DNA of 64,000 nucleotides from positions 1 through 64,000 of IMG/VR virus record IMGVR_UViG_3300035703_000010. One strand, written 5' to 3'. Of the stretch, positions 29,195 through 38,637 are shown piece by piece. A program made the position numbers and the translations under genes. The stretch's first letter is position 1. Each line of letters starts with the position of its first letter. The notes under the pieces are model-generated. The model did not search any database and was not told the DNA's origin. It saw only the letters and a list, made by a program, of their open reading frames with translations.

Positions 29195-30351
29195 GTTAAA
29201 TATTTCGAAAGTTTTTCATCATAAATCTTTGAAATTTGAGAATGGCTATACAGCTCAATTATTTTTTTTGAACCTTGTTCAGCCCATTCTTTTGGCGCAT
29301 TTGGAGCGCTTTTAAATTTTAAGATTTTTTTCTTAAAATCTTTTTCAACGGCTTCTGCCCATTTTGCATTTTTTACAAATATCTTTTCATCGACTCTACT
29401 TTGGTGTATTTGCTTAAGTTCATAATCTACATTTATGAACTTAGTATGATTCATAAAGTCCATATGTCCAGACCACCCAGTAGCGATGACAGGAAGACCA
29501 GATGCAGCTGCTTCTAGAAGAGGTAATCCATATCCTTCTCCTCTAGTTAAAGAAACTAAAGCTTTTATCTTTGGATGTTTATAAAGTGCAGATACGTCTT
29601 CATCGTTCATATCTCCATGAAGCAAATAAAATTTTGGAAATTGAGTTTTTCTTACTTCTTTAAGAAGAGCTTCTAAGTTTCTTAAAACAATATTTTTGTC
29701 TATCTTCGTATTTCTGCCTGCGTTTGTTTTTATTACTATTCCAACATCTTCATCTTTAGAAAATGTTTCACAAATCCACTTAATGGTAAAAAGTAAGTTT
29801 TTTCTATCATTATATGGATTGTTTCCGGTCATTTGTCCAAACAACAAAAAGTTAAATGAAGTCTTGATATTCGACAAGTCTATTTCTTTTTTAGACGTTA
29901 AAATTTCTTCTGGAAATGATTCAGGTATTATGTACGATGGTGTTTGTAACTCTGCTGAGTTTTGCAAACTTTGCAATGAATGTTTAGAAGGAACAACTAT
30001 GCAAGACATTTTATTGCAGTTTGAAACCCAAGATGGATTTGCTATATCCGTTTCAACTGCTGCAGTAATTCCAATGTTTGTTTTGCACAGATTTGGATCC
30101 CACTCATTCGGTAGTTGTAGCTGGATTGAAACGTCTGCTCTATAATCAGGATTAACTGTTCTTTCCATTATTTTTGAAATAAGACCATTGTCTTTATTTC
30201 TATCTAAAATCCATGGCGTGTCTCCCCATGGAGTTAATAAAAACTTAACATCTATATCATTTCTAGACAACAACCATTTTGCTACTTGTCTACTATGAAC
30301 GCCATATCCAGATTGAGTTAAAGCAGGCCCTCTAAAAATTACTTTTTTCAT
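29191..30351 (-). CDS. Glycosyltransferase family 4 (GT-B)
   Basis: SGYGVHSR N-terminal motif; VSLTRGEGYGLPLLEAAASGLPVIA (EX7E). Confidence 0.92.
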   Translation of the reverse strand: MKKVIFRGPALTQSGYGVHSRQVAKWLLSRNDIDVKFLLTPWGDTPWILDRNKDNGLISKIMERTVNPDYRADVSIQLQLPNEWDPNLCKTNIGITAAVETDIANPSWVSNCNKMSCIVVPSKHSLQSLQNSAELQTPSYIIPESFPEEILTSKKEIDLSNIKTSFNFLLFGQMTGNNPYNDRKNLLFTIKWICETFSKDEDVGIVIKTNAGRNTKIDKNIVLRNLEALLKEVRKTQFPKFYLLHGDMNDEDVSALYKHPKIKALVSLTRGEGYGLPLLEAAASGLPVIATGWSGHMDFMNHTKFINVDYELKQIHQSRVDEKIFVKNAKWAEAVEKDFKKKILKFKSAPNAPKEWAEQGSKKIIELYSHSQISKIYDEKLSKYLT

Positions 30352-30354
30352 TTT

Positions 30355-31599
30355 TCAAACCTCTGTAAGATTCCAGCTTTTGTATTTTTCGCTCCAGCTT
30401 TCGCATAAATCCGTCAAAGTTTCATCCCATTGTAAGATGACATTTTCGATATTGTAATCTTTTTGTGCATGTTCAAATGCTCTTTGACCAATTGATTTTC
30501 TTTTTTCAGGACCCCATTCATACATCTTCATAAACGCGTTTGTTAAAGATTCATGCGTGACATAATCTTCATAAATGTAAGGAACTAATTGATTTCCTAC
30601 AAGAGAGCTTGCATCAGGAGTTAGTGCAATTCCATATTGCTCACCAGTTTCATGATCTTCAACTTGTCGAGTCAAACCACCAGTTTTTATTGCTATAATT
30701 GGTTTTCCACACATCATTGCTTCTAATGTTGATAACCCAAATCCTTCATTACAGCTACGGTTTACAACCGTGTCGCAAGCGTTGTATAACTTGTTCATGT
30801 CTTTAAATTCTATTCTATCTTTTGAAAATACTACATGATCTCTTAGTCCCAACATTTCTACGACATGAAATAAATTTGGTCCTTCAGGATCTAACGGTTC
30901 AGTGTGCATTATTAATGTTGCTTTTGTATGACCGTGCTTTTCTCTTAATTGGTCAATGAACTTTTTCCAAGAAACGAGTATATCTGATGGCATTTTTCTA
31001 CGAGCATTTCTTGAAACGAATAACGCAGTAAAATGATCAACTTTTTCTTTTCCTAACAATGAAGACTTATATTTTTTTTGTTCTTCTTCAGGAAGAGGAT
31101 GATAGATTTCTTTAGGAATTGCATGAGGAATATAATTCGTTTTTTCAGGAAATCTTGAATGTACCATTTCATATGTTGGCCAATTAATACAATTTATTAA
31201 ATCGGTAGATTCATACAAAACTTTATTAAACTCTGGCCAAGGATAGTTATCCCATAGATGGTTATATGCTATTGGGCACACTTGATGAATTTCATCTTCC
31301 ATTTCCCAAACCCAAATAAAAAATCTTGGATCTGTAAAAAGCAATAAAACGTCGGGTTTTTCTGTAGCTAAAACCTGACGTAACATATTTCTATCTCCAA
31401 ATCCATTAGTGGGTTTGATTATAAAATCGTCGTTAACTACGACAGTTCTATAATCTTCATGTTTAACAGCTCCTCCAAAACACTTAAACTTCCATTTTCC
31501 AGTTGCGATTAATCCGTGAATTAACCACCTAGCTTGTGTACCTACGCCGCTTGAACTTAACGGATGGTCTGAAAGCATTAATACTGTTTTTTTCTGCAT
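30355..31599 (-). CDS. Glycosyltransferase family 4 (GT-B)
   Basis: SGVGTQAR; RNARRK; NEGFGLSTLEAMMCGKPII (EX7E). Confidence 0.92.
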   Translation of the reverse strand: MQKKTVLMLSDHPLSSSGVGTQARWLIHGLIATGKWKFKCFGGAVKHEDYRTVVVNDDFIIKPTNGFGDRNMLRQVLATEKPDVLLLFTDPRFFIWVWEMEDEIHQVCPIAYNHLWDNYPWPEFNKVLYESTDLINCINWPTYEMVHSRFPEKTNYIPHAIPKEIYHPLPEEEQKKYKSSLLGKEKVDHFTALFVSRNARRKMPSDILVSWKKFIDQLREKHGHTKATLIMHTEPLDPEGPNLFHVVEMLGLRDHVVFSKDRIEFKDMNKLYNACDTVVNRSCNEGFGLSTLEAMMCGKPIIAIKTGGLTRQVEDHETGEQYGIALTPDASSLVGNQLVPYIYEDYVTHESLTNAFMKMYEWGPEKRKSIGQRAFEHAQKDYNIENVILQWDETLTDLCESWSEKYKSWNLTEV

Positions 31600-31637
31600 G
31601 TCGTTATATTACTAACTTTTGAAAAATTTGTAATATT

Positions 31638-32456
31638 TTAAGTGCAGTGTTCACTATTTTTAAATTCACACCACGTACAAGCATCTCTATTCTTTAGAGC
31701 GATACCTCTTTTTACTGAGGTTATCATATTGCTAACAACTTTTAAAGATCGTTTAATAGGAACTTCTCCAAGCGAAACCGAGAACAATTCGCAATGTTCG
31801 CCTGGCTTCGCAGACTTTTTTAACAACACGAATCCACAACGTACATCTTTAACTGGGACATTGGGATGTTTTTGACACCAATAGTTTTTATAAAGCGCCA
31901 ACTGCGCCTTGACCATATCATCGGATCGTTTTTCACGAAACCAACCACGGGCGGTTGTCTTCCAGTCTAGGATCCAGTAAATAGTCTCTCCTCGCTTACC
32001 CTTAGCTTTAATGACACCGTCAATAAACCCCTTGAAAGCATGCGGATGATTCTCTACGGCTTCGTAGAGCTGATGTTCTGCGTCAACGACTTCCCATTCT
32101 GGAAAAGTATCGTCTAAAAACTTTGGAACTTCCGATAAAATAATTTCAGCTTCAACTTTAGCTTTAGATAATGACTGTTTACTAAAGTCTTGATTTCCTT
32201 CATGCTGTGCCCATGCTTTTTCCATGTGCTCAAAAGCAATTTCAAATTTCATTTCTCTAGTCAATAGATAATGTTCGCATGAAGCATGTACTGCAGTTCC
32301 AAATTCAAGAACAGGAGATGGTTTCGAAAGGTCAATTTTTTTGATATGGATAAGATTGTGTCTATACGAACACTCTTTCCATAGCTTAATTTCTGAAAAT
32401 GAAACATGAGGTTTACCAGTAGGTAATACCTCAAAAGGGGGTGTTACTTCTTGCAT
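31638..32456 (-). CDS. PD-(D/E)XK nuclease, Cas4/AddB-like with Fe-S cysteines
   Basis: SFSEI..W.EC, FGTAVH, KGFIDG, ILDWKT, QL.LY, C-terminal CTWC..C. Confidence 0.9.
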   Translation of the reverse strand: MQEVTPPFEVLPTGKPHVSFSEIKLWKECSYRHNLIHIKKIDLSKPSPVLEFGTAVHASCEHYLLTREMKFEIAFEHMEKAWAQHEGNQDFSKQSLSKAKVEAEIILSEVPKFLDDTFPEWEVVDAEHQLYEAVENHPHAFKGFIDGVIKAKGKRGETIYWILDWKTTARGWFREKRSDDMVKAQLALYKNYWCQKHPNVPVKDVRCGFVLLKKSAKPGEHCELFSVSLGEVPIKRSLKVVSNMITSVKRGIALKNRDACTWCEFKNSEHCT

Positions 32457-32488
32457 TTAACGATAGTAACACCCTCTTAATTGTTAGT

Positions 32489-33454
32489 TCAAACTTTAGG
32501 TTTCTTTGAGATTGCTCTACCTACTAGCTTTTCCCAATCTCTTTGTGGACGAACTTCCATGTTTTTGTGCCAAGCGCCATTCATTACTTTTGGATCTACT
32601 CCAAGCGTCTTTGCAATGCTAATCAAAGCGTTAATATCTTTAACAAAGCAGCTTCCTCCGAAACCGAAAGCAGGTTCTCCTGTATCATCTGCAGGCATTG
32701 GACCAGGAACTTTCCAATGCGAATTTCCTAGTCGCTTGTCTAAGGTCGCGTACTCAATTACTTTATCATAATCGATATTTGCTCCTGAAGAGTCTAAAGC
32801 TTGACAAATTTGATAAAACTCGTTTGCAAGAGCGACTTTGACAGCAAGATGAATGTTGGTAACATATTTTACCATTTCTGCTGTTGTTGATGAAGTTTTG
32901 ATAATTGGAACATTTGGAAATGCTGATTCAAAAACTTGCTTAACTTTGTTAATCCAAGGACGAGGGCCTCCAAGGATAATTCTGTTTTGATTTCGCATGT
33001 CATCGACTGCATTTGCTTCTGTTAAAAATTCTGGATTAAAAATCACTTTCAATCCAGTTTCAGCAAACTTTTTATTCCACATTTCTACTGAGCCTGGTGG
33101 AACGGTTGATTTGACGACTGCAATTCTTTCGCCTGGTACTGCGGCTAATTCTTTTAAAGCACCTTCGACGATGCTAAGATCGGCAGAGCCATCCTCAAAC
33201 ATAGGTGTAGGAAGGCACACAAAATAAACTTTAGAAAAGCCCGGTGTTCCACCTTCCTCATTATCTCCGATTAATTCTGCAATAGACCCAGGATAACCAG
33301 CAGCTGAATCTCCATGAGAAGGTAAAGATCCTTTAGCATATTTGCCTGCTTTGTCATAAGCATATACATCAAATCCGCGTTCTGAGAAAACAGTCGTAAG
33401 AGATCCTCCTACGAACCCTTGACCAATTACAGCGATAGATTTATTTTTTTTCAT
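32489..33454 (-). CDS. ugd: UDP-glucose/GDP-mannose dehydrogenase family, short form lacking C-terminal domain
   Basis: IGQGFVG Rossmann motif, VCLPTP, KSTVPPG, NPEFL.E, AEMVKY, GFGGSCFVKD catalytic Cys; only 321 aa. Confidence 0.88.
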   Translation of the reverse strand: MKKNKSIAVIGQGFVGGSLTTVFSERGFDVYAYDKAGKYAKGSLPSHGDSAAGYPGSIAELIGDNEEGGTPGFSKVYFVCLPTPMFEDGSADLSIVEGALKELAAVPGERIAVVKSTVPPGSVEMWNKKFAETGLKVIFNPEFLTEANAVDDMRNQNRIILGGPRPWINKVKQVFESAFPNVPIIKTSSTTAEMVKYVTNIHLAVKVALANEFYQICQALDSSGANIDYDKVIEYATLDKRLGNSHWKVPGPMPADDTGEPAFGFGGSCFVKDINALISIAKTLGVDPKVMNGAWHKNMEVRPQRDWEKLVGRAISKKPKV

Positions 33455-33486
33455 AGATTTTTATATAATCTAAAAAATGCTAAAGT

Positions 33487-34389
33487 TCATTTGATGACGT
33501 TGATAATGGATTTCCATCCTTCATCATTTCTGATAAACTCAACTGAAGAATTTATTTTTTCTTGAGTTTCTTCAACGTTATCAAGAGTTTTTGTTATTAA
33601 ATCCAAGGACTCTTCAAAACTTTTATAAGTCAAAATTGAAGAAATATTATTTGTGTAATTCACACATTCTTCCTCATAATCCCTAATGCTTATGCATCCT
33701 CGTGAAGCAGCTTCTATGTCTTTAACCCATAACGCGTTTGCTGATATTTTATTCGAATTTACAACCCATTCTACTTGTTCGTTGTGTATAAAAATTTTTA
33801 TTTTAGATAAATTTTGTAAAAAGCCGTTATAAGATGATTGTTGCAAAATCGTAACGTTAATATTTTTTGATTTTAAAAAATCAAAAAACTTTTTTCTATA
33901 AGGGTGAATTTGTCCACAAAATCCAACGTCAATTTCTCTATCCTTCCAAGCAGGATCAGAAGAACAATACTCTGGTAAAACCCACATTTTTACAAACGTA
34001 GATTTCATACCTTTATCGATGATAAAGTTACTCCACCATTTTGAAGTATTTAAAAACGATTTAACATTTAGTTCATTATAAATTTTTTGATACGATCCTT
34101 TGTAACGAGAATCATCTTTAAAAGATTCCCAAGGATCTTGTTCATATACGAATATTTCTTGATTGTTAAGATACTTTTTTACTAAAGAAATATTATTGTA
34201 CAGAGTTCTTAGTTTTAAACATGATAAAAACTTATCAGCATGAGGCAAACTTTTTCCTGAGGCTACGTCGGAAATAGTACTAAAACTAAGATTAGTTTCA
34301 TCTTGCAACGTTTTAAATAACTGATGTTGAAAACAATTGCTTTTTACATATTGGTAATCATCAATAATTACGTGAAGATTTAATTTCAT
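33487..34389 (-). CDS. Putative glycosyltransferase (CgeB/YkvP-like GT-B)
   Basis: REIDVGFCGQ.HPYR.....FL, KIKIFIH, K.IEAA.RGC pattern. Confidence 0.65.
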   Translation of the reverse strand: MKLNLHVIIDDYQYVKSNCFQHQLFKTLQDETNLSFSTISDVASGKSLPHADKFLSCLKLRTLYNNISLVKKYLNNQEIFVYEQDPWESFKDDSRYKGSYQKIYNELNVKSFLNTSKWWSNFIIDKGMKSTFVKMWVLPEYCSSDPAWKDREIDVGFCGQIHPYRKKFFDFLKSKNINVTILQQSSYNGFLQNLSKIKIFIHNEQVEWVVNSNKISANALWVKDIEAASRGCISIRDYEEECVNYTNNISSILTYKSFEESLDLITKTLDNVEETQEKINSSVEFIRNDEGWKSIINVIK

Positions 34390-35089
34390 TTAGTATTAAT
34401 TCCTTTGAATAATTTTTAATAGAAAAATTAAATGCATTTTGAAAATCATCATCAGAATAGTCTACATCATTATATTTTGATGAAAGATTAAATCCTAATA
34501 AACATAAACCTCTTATTTTATCGAAGTTATTTTTTTGCCAAGCATCATAAACTTTGTTGAAAATATCTGACTGATTTTTTTTGCCTCTATGAAACCCATA
34601 GTGAAATGCTTGTTTATCTGAAGGAAACCAACAATGCATTCCAGCGGGTATTAATTCTTTAGGAAGTTCATTTCCTCTAATAACAATGTTATGTCCAGAA
34701 TCTGCTCGATCTGGATATAACTTGTTTACTTTTGTTGATACGTTCACTGTATTTCTTAAACATGTGAGTCCGTATATTAGGCTATCGGTCATGTAATCAT
34801 GAAGCCATGCTTGAACTCCAGTTAGCTTATTATTAATTTTAAAAAGTTCAGCAAATGTTTTTATAACTAAATTGTGAGACAATATTGTGTCTGCATCTAC
34901 TTTTAAAAAAAGATCATAATCTTTTTTTGATTTATTCCATTCTAAAAAAAGCTTTTCATGTGCTTCTTTTTCAGGCAAGTTAGAAACAACATAATGAAAT
35001 GTTTGAACATCTATTTGAGAAGCTATCGATTCCTTGCATTTCTCAAATTCATTTTCTCCACACTCCATCGTTCCTACAAAAACTTTCAT
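34361..35089 (-). CDS. Putative glycosyltransferase (GT-A, DxD)
   Basis: YDLFLKVDADT DxD motif; island context. Confidence 0.65.
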   Translation of the reverse strand: MKVFVGTMECGENEFEKCKESIASQIDVQTFHYVVSNLPEKEAHEKLFLEWNKSKKDYDLFLKVDADTILSHNLVIKTFAELFKINNKLTGVQAWLHDYMTDSLIYGLTCLRNTVNVSTKVNKLYPDRADSGHNIVIRGNELPKELIPAGMHCWFPSDKQAFHYGFHRGKKNQSDIFNKVYDAWQKNNFDKIRGLCLLGFNLSSKYNDVDYSDDDFQNAFNFSIKNYSKELILNEIKSSRNY

Positions 35090-35107
35090 TTATTTCTCCA
35101 AATAAAA

Positions 35108-35599
35108 TTATAAAATTTTGTACATACAAATTTGATCAAAAAATTTTTCATCTCTGTATAAAGAAGAAATTAATTTACCTTCTTCTATAAACCCAAGATT
35201 TTTATATACTCTTTGACCTATTAGATTGTATTCTGCTGTCGTTAAACTTACTCTATGAAGTCCGATCTCTTTACAATAATCTAACATTAACGACCACATG
35301 AATTTTGCATATCCTTTACCTCTAAAATTTTTATGAATATCTGCTCCTAATATGCAATTTCTATTAGTAAAATCTATATTGTAAAATTTAGTAAATCCTA
35401 CTCTTTCAGAATTTATTTCAAATATTTTTCTTTTTTGAGAATTATCTTTTGATATTTTTTCCCACCAAGATAAATGTTGATTTAAAGTTATAGGATTTGG
35501 ATTGGTTAAATTTTTTAAAACTTCTGGATCATTGTGTAATTCAACTAACCATTCATGGTCGCCATGATTAATCTCTCTTAATATCATGTTTTGTTGCAT
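35108..35599 (-). CDS. GNAT N-acetyltransferase, PseH/RimJ-like
   Basis: LREI...D...L..L.ND, FRGKGYA acetyl-CoA motif, N......Y..LGF..EG; adjacent to the aminotransferase. Confidence 0.88.
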   Translation of the reverse strand: MQQNMILREINHGDHEWLVELHNDPEVLKNLTNPNPITLNQHLSWWEKISKDNSQKRKIFEINSERVGFTKFYNIDFTNRNCILGADIHKNFRGKGYAKFMWSLMLDYCKEIGLHRVSLTTAEYNLIGQRVYKNLGFIEEGKLISSLYRDEKFFDQICMYKIL

Positions 35600-35602
35600 A
35601 TG

Positions 35603-36742
35603 TCATTTTTTAGATAATTTTATTGTTAGATTTGCGATGTAAGTTATGTCATCTTCATTTAACCACCATCCGCATGGCAAAGAAAATTGATAAGAAGAAA
35701 ATTCTCTAACTCCAGGTAAATTAGATTTAAATTTTTTAAAAGTAGTGTAGTCATCGTTAGGAACGTGTACAACACCAGCTTGAATTCCTTCTTTATTTAA
35801 CTTTTCTAATAGTTCATCTCTAGAAATTTTTTTATTTTTTAATTTCATGGTATAAACCCACGACGATGATTCAGAAAGACTAGGCTTCTTTGCAGGAATT
35901 ACATCTTTGCTTTTACTAAATAGTTTATCATATAAAGCAGAATTTTGTTTATGTTTATTGATAATGAAATCGATATAAGGAAGTTGTGATAATCCAACTG
36001 CTGCAGTTAGATTATTCATATTAAATTTGTATCCAGCTTCTAATATGTCGACGTCCCATTGTTGACCCTTCCAATTTCCTTTTGAGTCTTTTGCAAAATC
36101 TCTATCTAATCCAAACCATTTTAAAGATTTTGACTTTTTATAATCATTTTCGTCTAAACAAACTAATGCCCCACCATCTCCAGTTGTTATGTGTTTAATT
36201 GCTTGAAAACTATAACAAGTAAAATCTGCGTAATTATGAATTTGCGAATTGTTATAACGAGATCCAAACGCATGAGCTGCATCTAAAATTAGTTTTATAT
36301 TTTTTTCTTTGCAAATTTTACTTAGTTCTAAAAGTTCAGGTGGAGTTCCTGCCCAAGCTACAGCCATAACTGCTTTTGTTTTGTCAGTAATTTTTTTTGC
36401 AACATCGGCTGGATCAATCATTCCATGATCTGGGTTTATATCCGCCCAAATTATATTTGCACCAATAGTATGAATTGGAGTATTAGTAGCTACGCAAGTC
36501 ATTGGAGTCGTGATGACTTCATCACCTTGTTGAACTCCAGCTAATTTTAAAGCTAGAGTTAAAGCAGAAGTGCAACTATTAACTAATATTAGTTTATTAG
36601 TTTCAAATATTTCTTGCATTTTTTGAGTTAGCTCAGTGACTTGAATTCCTTCATTAATGAATCCTGATTCTAATACATCTTTAATTTTTTCTAAAGATTC
36701 TTTTACTGGTATATGAACTTTAAAAAGAGGATAGCTTTTCAT
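35603..36742 (-). CDS. DegT/DnrJ/EryC1/StrS PLP-dependent sugar aminotransferase (PseC-like)
   Basis: NSCTSAL, GDEVIT, DAAHAFG, SFQAIKHITTGDGG (PLP lysine), LPCG. Confidence 0.93.
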   Translation of the reverse strand: MKSYPLFKVHIPVKESLEKIKDVLESGFINEGIQVTELTQKMQEIFETNKLILVNSCTSALTLALKLAGVQQGDEVITTPMTCVATNTPIHTIGANIIWADINPDHGMIDPADVAKKITDKTKAVMAVAWAGTPPELLELSKICKEKNIKLILDAAHAFGSRYNNSQIHNYADFTCYSFQAIKHITTGDGGALVCLDENDYKKSKSLKWFGLDRDFAKDSKGNWKGQQWDVDILEAGYKFNMNNLTAAVGLSQLPYIDFIINKHKQNSALYDKLFSKSKDVIPAKKPSLSESSSWVYTMKLKNKKISRDELLEKLNKEGIQAGVVHVPNDDYTTFKKFKSNLPGVREFSSYQFSLPCGWWLNEDDITYIANLTIKLSKK

Positions 36743-36745
36743 TTT

Positions 36746-37768
36746 TTACTTTCTATTAGTTGCAATTTCTTCTATTTTTAAACCTTGAAATTTTTCTAGT
36801 GGCATGTCAATTATGCCAAGATCTTTTAACTTTTCAAGTAATTGTTGCTTTGACATAACGTCATCTGCGCTAGTGTAGGTAAATCTTTTTTCAGAACCAG
36901 CATGATAAGCAGGTCCTATTACAAAATGAGTGTTTATATCTTTTGTTCGAACGGATTCTGATTCATTAACTAAATCTTCATGTTTTTTCTCACCAGGTCT
37001 TAGTCCTATTGTTTTTATAGGTTTATTATATAATGTTGAGAAAATTTCTGCAAGATCCCCAATTCTCATTGAAGGAATTTTTGGTATCCAAGTTTCTCCG
37101 CTATTTCCATTTTGTAAAGCTGATACTATTAGATCTACGCTGTCATCTAAAGTCATAACAAATCTTGTCATGTCAGGATCAGTGACAGTTAAATAATCAG
37201 AACTTTCAGCTTGATATTTAAATAAAGGTATAATGCTTCCTCTAGACTCTAGAACGTTGCCATATCTAGTGCATAAAAATTTGATGTTTGTTAAATCATT
37301 CTTTGATTGAGAAGTAACCAATCTTTCAGATATACCTTTGCACATGCCGTAAACATTGACTGGAGAACAGGCTTTATCGGTACTCACGAATAAAACTTTC
37401 TCTAATTTCCAACTGTCATTAAAATTTGAAGAAAGCTCTTTAACAGACTTTATTACGTTTTGAGTTCCTAAAAGATTTGTTTGAACGCTTTCAAATGGAC
37501 TTAATTCGCATGTATCTACTTGCTTTAAAGCAGCAGCGATAATTATTACTTGAGGTCTATAATGATAAATGACTTCTTTTACTCTAGAAAAATCTCTAAT
37601 ATCTCCTACAAAAAATTCTAAATTTTTTGGATAAGACAATTCATTTTTTATCGTCCAATGTTTTGCTTCATCTCTTGAATAAACAGCTACATCATTATTG
37701 GATGATAAAAATCTAGTAATTAATTTTCTTCCTAAAGAGCCTGTCCCACCAAATATTAGATATTTCAT
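36746..37768 (-). CDS. pseB: UDP-GlcNAc 4,6-dehydratase, PseB/FlaA1-type
   Basis: GGTGSLG, YSRDE.K, AAALKQV, STDKA, YGMCK (YxxxK with Tyr, as in PseB rather than the Met of FnlA/CapE), RYGNV..SRGS, MTRF, GLRPGEK.HE. Confidence 0.8.
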   Translation of the reverse strand: MKYLIFGGTGSLGRKLITRFLSSNNDVAVYSRDEAKHWTIKNELSYPKNLEFFVGDIRDFSRVKEVIYHYRPQVIIIAAALKQVDTCELSPFESVQTNLLGTQNVIKSVKELSSNFNDSWKLEKVLFVSTDKACSPVNVYGMCKGISERLVTSQSKNDLTNIKFLCTRYGNVLESRGSIIPLFKYQAESSDYLTVTDPDMTRFVMTLDDSVDLIVSALQNGNSGETWIPKIPSMRIGDLAEIFSTLYNKPIKTIGLRPGEKKHEDLVNESESVRTKDINTHFVIGPAYHAGSEKRFTYTSADDVMSKQQLLEKLKDLGIIDMPLEKFQGLKIEEIATNRK

Positions 37769-37800
37769 TTTTATATTGTATTTTTTTACAAAAACGTTGT

Positions 37801-38637
37801 TTAAAGTTTAACAACACTTTCAAACGAAATATCAAAAAGTTCATCAGTTCTTGTCGGTTTATAATCAATAGACAAATTGTAATTTCTGCTTCCATTTATA
37901 ACTAGATGAGGGTTTTCATTTCCTAGTTTAGAGTGCCAAATTCCACCATCTATAATTGCTGACTTTTGATACTTTTTATAATAAATTTTTTGATAATCTG
38001 TTTCATTAAACTTTTTAAGATTGAAAAGTTCAAAAAAAACTTCTTTCATTGTTTGCATTCTTGTAAGAGAAGGAAGTTTTGGTAAAAAATTGCAAGTGTA
38101 TATCTCGTGATCTTTATCAACAAGATTAAACTCTACTTTTTTATTTTCTATGAAATTATCTTGAACCACCCACGCGTATCTTTTGGAGTCTTTGTTTATA
38201 TTTCTTTTATCATATAAGTTTCTTTTTGAAACGGAAAATTCTTCAGTCCTTACAAATCCAACATCATTATGCTTGTTTAAAAACTCTTCACAATGTTTTA
38301 ACTTGCTGAATGCATCATCAAAATGAATAATGTCTGATTCTATTATGTAAAGATACTTGTAATCTTTATTCATTATTTTTTGGTAATTTTTTAAACACCA
38401 AAAAATAGCGCTCCAAAATCCAATATTAGTTTTACTTTTAAGAACGTTTTTAAAGTTGTCTTTTAAAAGATCTATACTTCCTGGATAAGTAGAATCATTA
38501 TCAAATACTAAAAGATCTTTCTTTAAATCATCATCTAAAAGACTTGAAAGATTATTTACGACTTGCTTCAACACTTCAAATCTAGTGCTTTCTTTCGTAC
38601 ATGTTACTAAAAGAATTAGTGTATCATTCATAAACAC
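37801..38637 (-). CDS. Putative glycosyltransferase family 2
   Basis: LLVFDNDS, NIGF..A, YLYIIESD motifs. Confidence 0.75.
   Translation of the reverse strand: MFMNDTLILLVTCTKESTRFEVLKQVVNNLSSLLDDDLKKDLLVFDNDSTYPGSIDLLKDNFKNVLKSKTNIGFWSAIFWCLKNYQKIMNKDYKYLYIIESDIIHFDDAFSKLKHCEEFLNKHNDVGFVRTEEFSVSKRNLYDKRNINKDSKRYAWVVQDNFIENKKVEFNLVDKDHEIYTCNFLPKLPSLTRMQTMKEVFFELFNLKKFNETDYQKIYYKKYQKSAIIDGGIWHSKLGNENPHLVINGSRNYNLSIDYKPTRTDELFDISFESVVKL

Noticed and set aside
31638-32456. CRISPR-Cas locus around the Cas4-like gene
   Set aside because: No repeat-spacer array and no other cas genes; solo Cas4-like nucleases are common in phages.
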